Assembly (NCBI GenBank): GCA_025450175.1
Contig: JANWHY010000008.1
Span: forward strand, 56,289-120,288
Reading direction: 5' to 3'
Source of the DNA: Minisyncoccota bacterium
Lineage (GTDB): Bacteria > Patescibacteriota > Minisyncoccia > Phycocordibacterales > Zambryskibacteraceae
DNA length: 64,000 bases
Shown here piece by piece: positions 9,552-18,872 of this stretch. Under the pieces are notes generated by a model that had not been told where the DNA came from, ran no database searches, and was given only the letters and a program-made list of their open reading frames with translations. Each line of letters begins with the position of its first letter. Within the stretch, counting starts at the first letter, position 1. A program made the translations under genes and the position numbers.

Positions 9552-10796
9552 CTATTTAAGTCTCAATGCCCAGAGGCTAAGGTCGCGCTTGTTGGTGAAG
9601 ATAAGATATTTTTCTTTTGGAGAAAGTTTGGGGTTAATTAGGTCGATGTCAGTACTTAGTTCTTGTTTGGGTTCTGCGAGAAGTTGAGCAATGTTTGAGG
9701 TAGTCTCAAACCTCCAAATGCGATCCGAGAACAGAGTCTCACCTCGATACCAACTATCCAAATTTTTTGGCACCAGGCCACTATTAGGAGATCCACAATA
9801 AACCACTTCGATTTCTACAGTACTCCAAATACATTTCTCAGCTAGCGTAGCTGAAGAAATTTCGGCATTAACATCTTTCTCTATATTGCGAGCCACTAGG
9901 TGTGTGGTGTTGCCGTCGCTGTAAGAATAGAGGACGCGACTACCAGAACTATTCGGTATTGCTACAAGTCCATTTAGAGGTCCAAGTAGTTTTGAGAGTG
10001 AGCCGCTCGAAGTATTGAGTCGGTACACTACGCCATCCGAGCTACTCTCAGCCTTGGGGTAGATAAGTACAATGTTGCCGCTGGCGGCGAGTCTCCAGTT
10101 GGTAAACTTAGATTCTAAAAGCGTTTTGGTATTGGCTCCGGTGAGAGTAGAGCTAACAATTCTAGCTGTGTCTGTAAGGGAGTAGATTAGAGTGTTGGAG
10201 GTGTCGAGAGCTACGCTACCGATCCGTCCACGGATCGGGGTGGCACTAACTGTATAGAAGTCTGTGGTTGTGCCTTGTTTGGGAGGAGTAAGGGCAATAG
10301 CCAAGTTCTCGATCTCGTCAGACTCGTCTCTAAGCGAGCGGAAAAGTGCTCCCGTACCGTCGTTTCGGAAGTAGGCCTCATAAGTCTTGGGCAAGGTGTT
10401 GTTGGTCAGGCGAGTCTTGGTAAAAGATTGAGAGCTTGTAGATATAGGGAGTACCACTTCATAGATATGCCCAGTTGCTCGCTCTGCGTATCTCACCACC
10501 ACATCGGTTCCTCTCTCGAAAATTACTGAGCCCGCGATAGGAGTATTGGCCAGGCGGAAAATATTTTTAGTTGGAGAGGAGAATTGATCGAATCCTGCCT
10601 CACCATTTTGTCCAGAACCGGACTCGTTCTGGTTCTGGGTTGTAGGAATATTAATATCCTCTCCAGATCCGAAGGGTAAACCATTCTCATCTAGAGAAAC
10701 TATTGGGTCCTCGGGTGTTTGGAAGAAGAAGTACCAAGCTCCTCCCGCAATAATAATGAGGAGTAGAAGGATCAAAATTAAATAAGTCTTTTTCAT
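9552..10796 (-). CDS. membrane-anchored extracellular protein, probable beta-propeller
   Basis: N-terminal TM helix, beta-rich body, C-terminal LSPKEKYLIFTN (TolB/WD-like); last gene of the T4SS-like cluster. Confidence 0.6.
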   Translation of the reverse strand: MKKTYLILILLLLIIIAGGAWYFFFQTPEDPIVSLDENGLPFGSGEDINIPTTQNQNESGSGQNGEAGFDQFSSPTKNIFRLANTPIAGSVIFERGTDVVVRYAERATGHIYEVVLPISTSSQSFTKTRLTNNTLPKTYEAYFRNDGTGALFRSLRDESDEIENLAIALTPPKQGTTTDFYTVSATPIRGRIGSVALDTSNTLIYSLTDTARIVSSTLTGANTKTLLESKFTNWRLAASGNIVLIYPKAESSSDGVVYRLNTSSGSLSKLLGPLNGLVAIPNSSGSRVLYSYSDGNTTHLVARNIEKDVNAEISSATLAEKCIWSTVEIEVVYCGSPNSGLVPKNLDSWYRGETLFSDRIWRFETTSNIAQLLAEPKQELSTDIDLINPKLSPKEKYLIFTNKRDLSLWALRLK

Positions 10797-10799
10797 AAA

Positions 10800-11696
10800 T
10801 TAAAATGAGGCGTGCCAGTGATCATTGGTAGACGCAACTTCTCCCCCACACTTAGAACCTAGTGGTTCCCATAACCAGCGGCCACCTCCTGCTGAATATG
10901 TTTGGCAAGCTGATAGGGGAGCACTATTTGCAACTGTGCTATTTAATCTAATGTCTGAGCGTACATCTACAGCTATACCACTATAATGACTAGAACCTGT
11001 AGTGTGCCCACCCTCTGTGCCAGCAGTAATTACTATAGAACAATTACATGGAGTATTTCTTACAGCGACTAAGCCATTAATTACTGACGGTTGTAGGCCG
11101 TTAAGATTTACACAGTTTCTAGTTTGCCCTTCAATACAAGGTCCTCTGTAAGCACTTATACCAAAGGGTAACGATTGTCTAACTGCTGTATCAGCAGCTA
11201 TTTGTTCAGCTGTCATAGGTACACCTATTGTAGAGGCTCCGGTAGCTGGTGGATTATTAGGAATAGTTTGGCGTTCCAGCGTACTAAGATCGAAGTTAAC
11301 AAAAGGATTCTTATCATTTGGACTAATAGAATAGAGGATGAGCCATGCTCCGATCGCAAGGAGGAGTCCCCAGATAGCATTTGTGATTGTGCCCTTAGCA
11401 TTACCCTTCTCGGTAAAGGCCTCACTCGACATATACTTGATGCCTCCAATAATTATCATGAGCACAGCCAAGACTCCTGCAAGTGCGATGGTGAGCTTGA
11501 AGACTCCTACAAGATAAGCTGAAGCATTAGTCTTACATTCTGTATTGGCGGCACCAGTACATCCGCTTTCTTCCAAAGGAATAGGGGCAAGGAGATTGTA
11601 GTTAGTAGGTTGTGGAGTCTGGGCAAGGGCTCGCTCGGCATTCAGTAAGGATGTCGCACTTACTACTAACAACAAAAATGTAATTATTCTTATCAT
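10800..11696 (-). CDS. VirB2/TrbC-like pilin fused to M15/LAS-type Zn peptidase domain
   Basis: signal peptide, pilin hairpin LAGVLAVLMIIIGGIKYM...AKGTITNAIWGLLL; C-terminal SSH-x6-D (HYSGIAVD) and HxH (DHWH). Confidence 0.7.
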   Translation of the reverse strand: MIRIITFLLLVVSATSLLNAERALAQTPQPTNYNLLAPIPLEESGCTGAANTECKTNASAYLVGVFKLTIALAGVLAVLMIIIGGIKYMSSEAFTEKGNAKGTITNAIWGLLLAIGAWLILYSISPNDKNPFVNFDLSTLERQTIPNNPPATGASTIGVPMTAEQIAADTAVRQSLPFGISAYRGPCIEGQTRNCVNLNGLQPSVINGLVAVRNTPCNCSIVITAGTEGGHTTGSSHYSGIAVDVRSDIRLNSTVANSAPLSACQTYSAGGGRWLWEPLGSKCGGEVASTNDHWHASF

Positions 11697-12382
11697 AACG
11701 ATGGATTGACGCTACTTACATTCTTAAAGTTTATATTGAAGTTAGAGTGAGCATCTTGAGTGACGAGCTTAGAACTTCTTACCCTTAGAGATACTGTAGC
11801 TTCTCCTTCTGTATCCGCGGGGGCGCGATAGGTAACCATCCTAGTCTTACTCGTCTCTCCAGAGTTGGTCGTCCAGTTGTACTCTAGGTTGGAGTTACTA
11901 AAGAAGAGCGGGAAAGCTCCGAAGGTGACTTCTGCCCTCGGGAAGTTGTAGGTCTGTCTGACTGCTTCGTGGAACATGAAGCCATATAGAGGATTATCCT
12001 CAAATATGAGTAAGGAAGGAGCTTTGGGCACTATTATTATAGAGTTACTAGCTGCTACATTTTGCCCCGAGACTATCTCTAATCTAATCTCTTGAGGTCT
12101 TGAGAGGATGGAGTCGGTGTAGCTAATAGAAGAGCGACCAATGCCTGAGGCGTTGCCGAGTACCGTACCATTCCTAATCCAGCGGTAATTGAGGTTACTA
12201 GCACTACCAAGTCCAGTAGGCATAGCGACGAGAGTGATGGTCGATTCCTTAGACCACAGGCTCTTACCTAAGTAGAAGGGGGGTGTGTATGTCTCCCCTT
12301 GCCAGAGGATATCGACACTTTGAGCCCTTAGAAAGATAGGAGTAAGGAACAATAGAGAGAGTATTACAAAGAATTTCATCAT
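11693..12382 (-). CDS. secreted Ig-like beta-sandwich protein
   Basis: signal peptide; TYTPPFY, LNYRWIRNG, YNW; overlaps neighbours by 4 nt. Confidence 0.6.
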   Translation of the reverse strand: MMKFFVILSLLFLTPIFLRAQSVDILWQGETYTPPFYLGKSLWSKESTITLVAMPTGLGSASNLNYRWIRNGTVLGNASGIGRSSISYTDSILSRPQEIRLEIVSGQNVAASNSIIIVPKAPSLLIFEDNPLYGFMFHEAVRQTYNFPRAEVTFGAFPLFFSNSNLEYNWTTNSGETSKTRMVTYRAPADTEGEATVSLRVRSSKLVTQDAHSNFNINFKNVSSVNPSL

Positions 12383-12735
12383 TTCATTATATCTAATTTT
12401 GTTATGCCTTCTCCAGGGATAACTTTCTTAAGCTTCTTACTCAGAGCCAGGTAACTTACGGCAGCAGTCCAGGCTGGTATTGAGGCAAGGAATGGGACTG
12501 GAATTATTTCTAGAAGAGAGGCCCCACCGAAGGCTAGGATCCTCTTTGGCTTAGTGAAACTTATGTTATAGAACTTAAACCAGACATAGAAAGTGAGTCC
12601 GGCGAAGATCCCCACCACCCATCCCATATAAATAAACCCGAGTAATATCTGGAGGAAGTCAAAGAAGACTGCCACCGCAATCATAAATACTACGGTATGA
12701 GACTTAATCTCCTTTTCTTCTTTATTGCCCCACAT
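12379..12735 (-). CDS. small multi-pass membrane protein
   Basis: 3-4 hydrophobic segments, EIIP...PAWT; probable ATG 12735 overlapping the virB4 end. Confidence 0.65.
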   Translation of the reverse strand: MWGNKEEKEIKSHTVVFMIAVAVFFDFLQILLGFIYMGWVVGIFAGLTFYVWFKFYNISFTKPKRILAFGGASLLEIIPVPFLASIPAWTAAVSYLALSKKLKKVIPGEGITKLDIMK

Positions 12736-14602
12736 TTTTAGCTTTGGCCTCTTGCATCTCCTTATATCTCGCAAGTTCTACGGCCTCCTTCTCTGCAATG
12801 GCCTCGCGCTTAGCTTGTTTGATAGCCAAGATCTGTCCAGGATCAGAGGTAATGATCTGGTCTTCGGTGTAGGAGGCAATGTTCTTGATAGCGACGTGCT
12901 TCAGGCCGGCGAAGAAGATGCCCTCACCCACATCGGACTCGAGTAAGAGGTACTTCTCCTCGTCGGTGAGGTTAAAAACCTTCTGCAACTCATCTATAGT
13001 AGTGGGAGATTGCTTGAGAAGCATCTGGATCGAAGAGTTGGTAATAATAGGCACACCATAAGGACTCTTGAGGAAGTCCCCCACATCTTGAGTAATAGTA
13101 GCTACTCCGAGGAAGTATTTGCGACCACGCTTGACGAGGCCCATGAGGAAGGAGGCTGTGTCCTCAGACTTCATCATCCACCAGGCTTCGTCGATGACGA
13201 GTAGGCGCTTCTTAAGATCCTTCCTAATAGCGTTCCAGATAAAGTGGGTCACGATGTACATGGCGATGGGCTTGAGCTCATCTTCCATATCGCGGAGAGA
13301 GAAGACCACAAACTTCTTATTGATATCGACGTTCGAAGGGCGGTTGATGAAGCCGGCCCAAGTACCCTTAGTATATTTAGATAATCTTTGTGCTAGTGAC
13401 TCCCCTCCGGACATGCCTGAGAGCACAAGTTCGAAGTCAGACATGAGTGGAGCTTCGACATTGGTGAAGTCGGAGTCAGCGGTAATATCTTTTAGCGCAT
13501 ATGTCTCGGTGATAGCGCGGTCGATGATGGCATCTTCTTCGGCAGTAAGACCACCCATCATAAGTCGGAAGAGACCTACGAGGTTGATGATGTTAGAACG
13601 GAGGATATTGGCCGCGCTCTCGTCGGGCCCGGGAGGGGCTAGGTCGAATGGGTTTATATGGTGCTCAGAGTTGAGAGAGATGTTGAAGTAGCGGCCACCA
13701 GTGGCATCGGCCATGTACTCATACTCTTTCTCAGGGTCGATGACGATGACCTCAGTATCAAACATTAAGGTACGCAAGATCTCGAGCTTAGTAGCATAAG
13801 ACTTACCAGCACCAGCCTTGGCGAACATTACAGAGTTATAGTTCTCAAGTGAGAAGCGGTCGAAGAGTACTAAGGATGAGTTGTGTCTGTTGATACCGTA
13901 GAGGATACCCTTATCAGAAGTTAGGTCGAAGGAGGTGAATGGAAAGAGTGATGAGAGAGGAGAAGAGTTGAGCTTGGAGTGTACACCGAGGAGGTCGTTG
14001 CCTAAGGGGAGGGTACTCTTATAACCTTGCTCTTGTTGGAAGAGAGCGGGCTTTACGTAAATTAATTTTGCCTCGAGGATTGACTTGATCTCGGACTCCA
14101 CCTTGTCGAGCTCTGCCTCAGACTCTCCATATATAGTCATATATAGACCGACGTCGAAGAGCTTCTCTTGAGCTTGTTGGAGTTGGTCGCGCAAATTCTC
14201 GAGATCTTGGTATGCGATATCGAGCATTGGGTCTCGGACTAAGCCCTTCTCTTCTCGGGAGTGGATCTGAGATTGTACCTCGGCAACCTTCCTCTGGAAT
14301 TGGCGTAGGACGCGCGCTGTCTCAATAGGATGGACGAAGATCGAGACGTCGAAGACCTTGTCCATATTTATAATAGGAGCAAACCAACCTTCTGTAAGAA
14401 AGCGTGGGTAAGAGATGACGAAGAAGGTGCGCAAGATCTTCTCGCCGAGGTTAATCTCCTTGGGGGTGATCTTCAATGCGGAGGGGGCAATGATGTCCTT
14501 AAGCTCCAAGGCGCCGGCCTCGAAAATCTCTTTCGGTAAGATCGAGCTAATATCCTGCTTAGCTTCTCCCTTCTTGCCTAAAATTTTGTCGAAAATTCCC
14601 AT
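12722..14602 (-). CDS. virB4: VirB4/TraC-family type IV secretion ATPase
   Basis: Walker A AKAGAGKS, VIDPEKEY, HINPFD, Walker B LVIDEAW, RGRKY, ITQ. Confidence 0.88.
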   Translation of the reverse strand: MGIFDKILGKKGEAKQDISSILPKEIFEAGALELKDIIAPSALKITPKEINLGEKILRTFFVISYPRFLTEGWFAPIINMDKVFDVSIFVHPIETARVLRQFQRKVAEVQSQIHSREEKGLVRDPMLDIAYQDLENLRDQLQQAQEKLFDVGLYMTIYGESEAELDKVESEIKSILEAKLIYVKPALFQQEQGYKSTLPLGNDLLGVHSKLNSSPLSSLFPFTSFDLTSDKGILYGINRHNSSLVLFDRFSLENYNSVMFAKAGAGKSYATKLEILRTLMFDTEVIVIDPEKEYEYMADATGGRYFNISLNSEHHINPFDLAPPGPDESAANILRSNIINLVGLFRLMMGGLTAEEDAIIDRAITETYALKDITADSDFTNVEAPLMSDFELVLSGMSGGESLAQRLSKYTKGTWAGFINRPSNVDINKKFVVFSLRDMEDELKPIAMYIVTHFIWNAIRKDLKKRLLVIDEAWWMMKSEDTASFLMGLVKRGRKYFLGVATITQDVGDFLKSPYGVPIITNSSIQMLLKQSPTTIDELQKVFNLTDEEKYLLLESDVGEGIFFAGLKHVAIKNIASYTEDQIITSDPGQILAIKQAKREAIAEKEAVELARYKEMQEAKAKNVGQ

Positions 14603-14606
14603 AATA

Positions 14607-15263
14607 TTATGCTATCTTTATTGGCTTCTCTGTCTCGCCAGGGTTAAAGGCTTTGTAGAAAAGCTCGATCACTTCTTCTGTACCAAGGCGAGCGACTCGG
14701 ATACCACTTCTTACCAAACCTTGCTCGACCACGGACATGCGCTCTTCGAGCTGGGTGCGGTTCTCATCGAAGCCGCTACTCGAGACTCCCGCGGAGGTCT
14801 CTGTCTTCTTGCCCAGCCCGAATTGCGCCGCGAGACCCTTGAGCCCACTCTCTCCCCCAGTTGAGCCGAGTACTGCCGGGGTATAAGGCACGACGATAAA
14901 GAAGTTCTTGGTCATGATGTTGGTGCTCTCAGTAAAACTTCGTACGAACTCAATATATTCTCGCACTTGGATCTTCATGAGGTTATTGGTTTGGGCCTTC
15001 TCTTGCCCTTCGAGTAGTGCAATGTATGGGCGGATGTCGAGCTTCCGCGACTGGATGACTATCTCTATAGAGAAGTCGAGTGAGTTGAGGAAGTCTTGGA
15101 ACTGGAGGAGGATGGCATTCTTCTCATCCTCAGACTTCAGAGAGAAGTTGAGAGAAGAACACAAGAGGAGAGCACGCATGCTGTCATCCTTGAGTACGAT
15201 GATGCCATCCTTAACCTCTTTTATGGGCACAAACTCTTGAGTTGCGTTAGTTTTCTCAGCCAT
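14607..15263 (-). CDS. conserved VirB4-associated (TraC N-terminal-like) protein
   Basis: lies between PrgI and VirB4; LNFSLKSEDE, FLNSLDF, SRKLDIRPY. Confidence 0.7.
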   Translation of the reverse strand: MAEKTNATQEFVPIKEVKDGIIVLKDDSMRALLLCSSLNFSLKSEDEKNAILLQFQDFLNSLDFSIEIVIQSRKLDIRPYIALLEGQEKAQTNNLMKIQVREYIEFVRSFTESTNIMTKNFFIVVPYTPAVLGSTGGESGLKGLAAQFGLGKKTETSAGVSSSGFDENRTQLEERMSVVEQGLVRSGIRVARLGTEEVIELFYKAFNPGETEKPIKIA

Positions 15264-15284
15264 TACTTATGATTTTATCACCTT

Positions 15285-15719
15285 TTACTCCGAAATCTTA
15301 TCCTTAGTGACAGGATTTTGATTACTTTGGAGATCTAATTGCCAAGTAAGGTCTTTGAGCTTCGAATCTGAGAGCTTAGGCACGTATACTTGCTCTATGT
15401 CTGCGTCACCTTCTTCTCCTCTAGTTCTTATTACGGTCTTCTCCTCCTTCTTCCAAATATAAAGTTTGTTAGTGGTGTGGAACTTGAGAAAAGCCTCGAC
15501 CATATTAATGAAGGGTTTGTCATTTACCTTGTAGAAAGCTAGGGCTGCACCGAAGAGGATGGCCGGTAAGGCCAAGAGTATAGCTATAAACTTGGGTAGG
15601 ATGAGGAAGAGGACAACAGCCACAGCCACTCCTCCACCCACGTAGATAAACTGTTTAAAGGTCAGTGGACCAAATATCTTATCTTCTACTTCTATAAATT
15701 GTGGTACCTGGAATCTCAT
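15285..15719 (-). CDS. PrgI family (VirB3-like) membrane protein
   Basis: FQVPQFIEVEDKIFGPLTFKQF signature plus 2 TM helices. Confidence 0.85.
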   Translation of the reverse strand: MRFQVPQFIEVEDKIFGPLTFKQFIYVGGGVAVAVVLFLILPKFIAILLALPAILFGAALAFYKVNDKPFINMVEAFLKFHTTNKLYIWKKEEKTVIRTRGEEGDADIEQVYVPKLSDSKLKDLTWQLDLQSNQNPVTKDKISE

Positions 15720-16555
15720 GTTTGTTCTCTATAAGGATCTTTGCCTCCCCCATAACGATAATCTGGTAGTGAAACCTTTTCTGCCCCGACGCTTGCGGTC
15801 GGAGTGGGCGCTGGTTGCATAGGTTTGATAACTGCCTCCTTAGATTCTTTGTTGATGATTATAGTGGGTTCAAATGTTTGGGGCTTACTTTCTATCCCTG
15901 TCACATACTGCTTAATACTTATTGGTGGGGGTGGGGTTGCGGGAGTAGGAGTTGGAGCAGCTGTCTTAGGTGGAGTTTGTTGTGTAGGCGTTGGTGTCGG
16001 TAGAGAGGGACTTGTCCCGTACCGAGCTAGCTCTGGTACGGGATGAATCTCTGGGGCTATCTCTAGAGCTTTCCCAGAATTATTTATTTCAGATGATGGG
16101 ATGTATGGTTTCTCCCCCATACTTATCCGCTTTTCTATAAGCTGTTTCATTACATCTTGCTTGGATTCTTTGACAGGAACTGATACTGGCTTTATTGCTG
16201 GTGCTACTTGAGCTGCTCCCGGTATACCTTTTTTGTTTACTTCAATAAAATCTTTTATATCAATGCTGTATTTGCTGAAAACTTTTTCTTCCAAAGTGGA
16301 TCTAAGTACAGAAAGATCTGTGGCATTCTTCCCAATAAGTTTTGCAATATTATTTATTGCATCCCCAAGACTTTGAAGACAATACATAGCGTACAGGATC
16401 TCACTATCTGCAGAATTTGATTGATCATCATTAAGCCCCATTTCTTTCAAGGTTTTAGCGATAAGCTCTGTGGTCTCATTGTCCATTATTAAATCCTGAA
16501 CCTTTGGAGGGAGTTTTTTGTAGGCATTTCTAGTTTGTTCTGATGTGAAAGTCAT
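15716..16555 (-). CDS. hypothetical protein with Pro/Thr-rich linker and C-terminal DPYRE motif
   Basis: helical N-domain, PTPTPT low-complexity region, ends KDPYREQT; probable start ATG 16555. Confidence 0.7.
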   Translation of the reverse strand: MTFTSEQTRNAYKKLPPKVQDLIMDNETTELIAKTLKEMGLNDDQSNSADSEILYAMYCLQSLGDAINNIAKLIGKNATDLSVLRSTLEEKVFSKYSIDIKDFIEVNKKGIPGAAQVAPAIKPVSVPVKESKQDVMKQLIEKRISMGEKPYIPSSEINNSGKALEIAPEIHPVPELARYGTSPSLPTPTPTQQTPPKTAAPTPTPATPPPPISIKQYVTGIESKPQTFEPTIIINKESKEAVIKPMQPAPTPTASVGAEKVSLPDYRYGGGKDPYREQT

Positions 16556-16556
16556 T

Positions 16557-18872
16557 TTATGGGAAGCTAGCAATTCCAGCTGGGCTTAATAGCCATGTAT
16601 GTGTTCTGTGTGTGGCTGGAAGTGTTGCCAGAATGTAAGTACGTAAGGTTGAAACATCCGCTGGGTTCATTTCTGGGGCCATGCGCTTCAATAATTCCGG
16701 AGTATAAGTCTCTGCCATAGTAGGAGTCTGGAGGTCTGTCATATCAAGAGATGCAATCTCTTTATGACCCAATCCTTTTACTATTGTTTGAGCAGTTGCA
16801 ACAGCAGCAACAAACCCGGCAGCGTTACCAGCTGCATGGGCGGTATTACCAGTAGCCAATGCTGTTCTAAGCGGCTGCCTTCTTGCTGTTCGCAAAGCAC
16901 CTTTTTGGCTTGTGGTAAATTTAGTACTCTTGTTTACGGTATCAATTTGGGATGGTTGCATTTGTGATACAAAATCAGCATTTCCTAGATGATCTGGATT
17001 AATCATCTCCAACTCAGTATCAGAGAGCCTTCTAATATTTGCTCGAACACTAGCTGCACCAGGTCCGCCGGGAGCTATAGCAGTATTTATCTCCCCAAAC
17101 CTTCTATTCTTAAGATTATCTTTCTCTGCTTCTGAGAATTTATCACTCTTATTTATAGCATCAAGTTGTTGGACGCTTACTCTATTTGCAAATTCTTGAC
17201 TATTAAGTAGGGAGCGATTGGATTCGACAATAGCCTCTATTTCTTTAGTTGTGGAATTACTAATAGCCTTTTCGAGCTTATTTGCTTGAGGTTGTAGGAC
17301 TGCCAATCTAGCTGTTTGCGCAGCCGTCGGCGTTCCTCCGGCAGCAGTAACTACTGCGTTAATGGTGTCTATTTCCTGGGCCGCAGCGAGATTCCCTTGA
17401 TCTGTGATGGCCAATTCAGCATCAGCTTTCCTGCCTCTCTCTACCCTAGTCTTGCGAGAGTCAGTACCAGGTCTCTCAAGGAATTCTCGGACTGCTTTTC
17501 TTTCTGCCTCAACTCCACCTTGGCCTCCAGCATTTCCCACATCTAGACCGGCCCCACCAAGCATTCCTCCCACCTTGGTTCCTCTAACATCGAATGATCC
17601 TTTTCTAGTTTTGTCTATTGTTGCCAAACTCAAACGAGCAAATGAACTATTTGGAGAGGCGGCCTCCATTCTTTTGTACATCTTACTTTCTTTGAATACT
17701 TCAGCTCCTGCGCCGAGGGTGTATCTACCCGCTCTTCCAGCTAATCCAAATGAAGCCCCACCCGCGGCTCCGGTGGCCCACTTGGTAAGACCAGATACTG
17801 CAGGTCCAGCCATGTTGGAAACATTTTTAGCAATTATTAGTGAGGCGATTAAAAATGCGATAACTATAATAAAGTTCACTAAAATCTGCACAGAACTTTG
17901 AGGTGGAAGATTTACGGCCCCACTAGCAACAGCACTCCCAGCAATTTTTGCCCAATTCTCTGGGTTCGATGGTAGACCCTTTGCGACCACTATGACTACC
18001 CATGTAAGTAGAAAATATATTGGAGCAAAGAATGCTTGACCTAAAAGAGCATTTTGCCACTGGGTTCGATACTTCCCAAGCTCTGGCATTATAAAGCCCA
18101 TAAAAGCTAGTGGAGAAAGAATGATTACAAAAATTAATACCACATAACGAATAATAAACATTATAGAGATAGCAAAGAAGACAAATGCCGCAATCATGGT
18201 GACTATCGTACCCATCACGCCGATGACAAGTAATTGCTTATCGTCAATAGTATCTATTTTCCAGAGATTCTGGAGTCCTAAGGGCTGCATCAAACTATTA
18301 GAAATTCCCCTACTTATATCTAGAGAAAGGGCCCCGGGGGCAATGGCATCATAGAAAGTAATAGCTAAAACATTTGAGGCATCAATTACCACCTTGGTAA
18401 AGAAGAGGCTGAAGTTTATAAGTATGGCAACTACGATAACCTTCATGATTAACTTTTGAGTCTCACCACCCAGACCAAGAATTGTTTTAATAGCGGCATA
18501 GAGAAGTATGAAAATAAAACACATATTCGCGACATCTCTTATTGCTGTCCAAGCCTTATTGATAAAATCTGCACTCGATAAATTATCAGCCATGAGAACC
18601 ACCGTATATTGAGTAACAAAGTTTAAGACAGCTCCACTAAGAAAAGTGAAGTAAGCTCCAATAGTTAGGACTAAAATAGATACATTCCCTAAGGCTTTAG
18701 TTACCCAAGTGATCGGATTAAGTGCGGCGAGTAAGCCACCCTCACTACTAACCGAACCCCAAGCCGTTCCAAGAACTGCCTCCGCGTTTTGAGGCATTAT
18801 TAATAACCCAACTATAAATATAGAGGCTAGTATGGGTAGAAAATTAATTTGTATAAAAATCTTTTTCATCAA
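16557..18872 (-). CDS. VirB6/TrbL-like polytopic membrane protein with long C-terminal tail
   Basis: WTAIRDVAN, VAILINFSLFFTKVVIDASN, LSPLAF; about 8 TM helices followed by a Gly/Ala-rich tail. Confidence 0.75.
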   Translation of the reverse strand: MMKKIFIQINFLPILASIFIVGLLIMPQNAEAVLGTAWGSVSSEGGLLAALNPITWVTKALGNVSILVLTIGAYFTFLSGAVLNFVTQYTVVLMADNLSSADFINKAWTAIRDVANMCFIFILLYAAIKTILGLGGETQKLIMKVIVVAILINFSLFFTKVVIDASNVLAITFYDAIAPGALSLDISRGISNSLMQPLGLQNLWKIDTIDDKQLLVIGVMGTIVTMIAAFVFFAISIMFIIRYVVLIFVIILSPLAFMGFIMPELGKYRTQWQNALLGQAFFAPIYFLLTWVVIVVAKGLPSNPENWAKIAGSAVASGAVNLPPQSSVQILVNFIIVIAFLIASLIIAKNVSNMAGPAVSGLTKWATGAAGGASFGLAGRAGRYTLGAGAEVFKESKMYKRMEAASPNSSFARLSLATIDKTRKGSFDVRGTKVGGMLGGAGLDVGNAGGQGGVEAERKAVREFLERPGTDSRKTRVERGRKADAELAITDQGNLAAAQEIDTINAVVTAAGGTPTAAQTARLAVLQPQANKLEKAISNSTTKEIEAIVESNRSLLNSQEFANRVSVQQLDAINKSDKFSEAEKDNLKNRRFGEINTAIAPGGPGAASVRANIRRLSDTELEMINPDHLGNADFVSQMQPSQIDTVNKSTKFTTSQKGALRTARRQPLRTALATGNTAHAAGNAAGFVAAVATAQTIVKGLGHKEIASLDMTDLQTPTMAETYTPELLKRMAPEMNPADVSTLRTYILATLPATHRTHTWLLSPAGIASFP

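Noticed and set aside
12725-15240. Multiple plus-strand ORFs of 60-190 aa opposite virB4 (similar ones lie opposite dnaA, pcrA, cca, fusA, tuf)
   Set aside because: Antisense shadows caused by codon bias of the real genes
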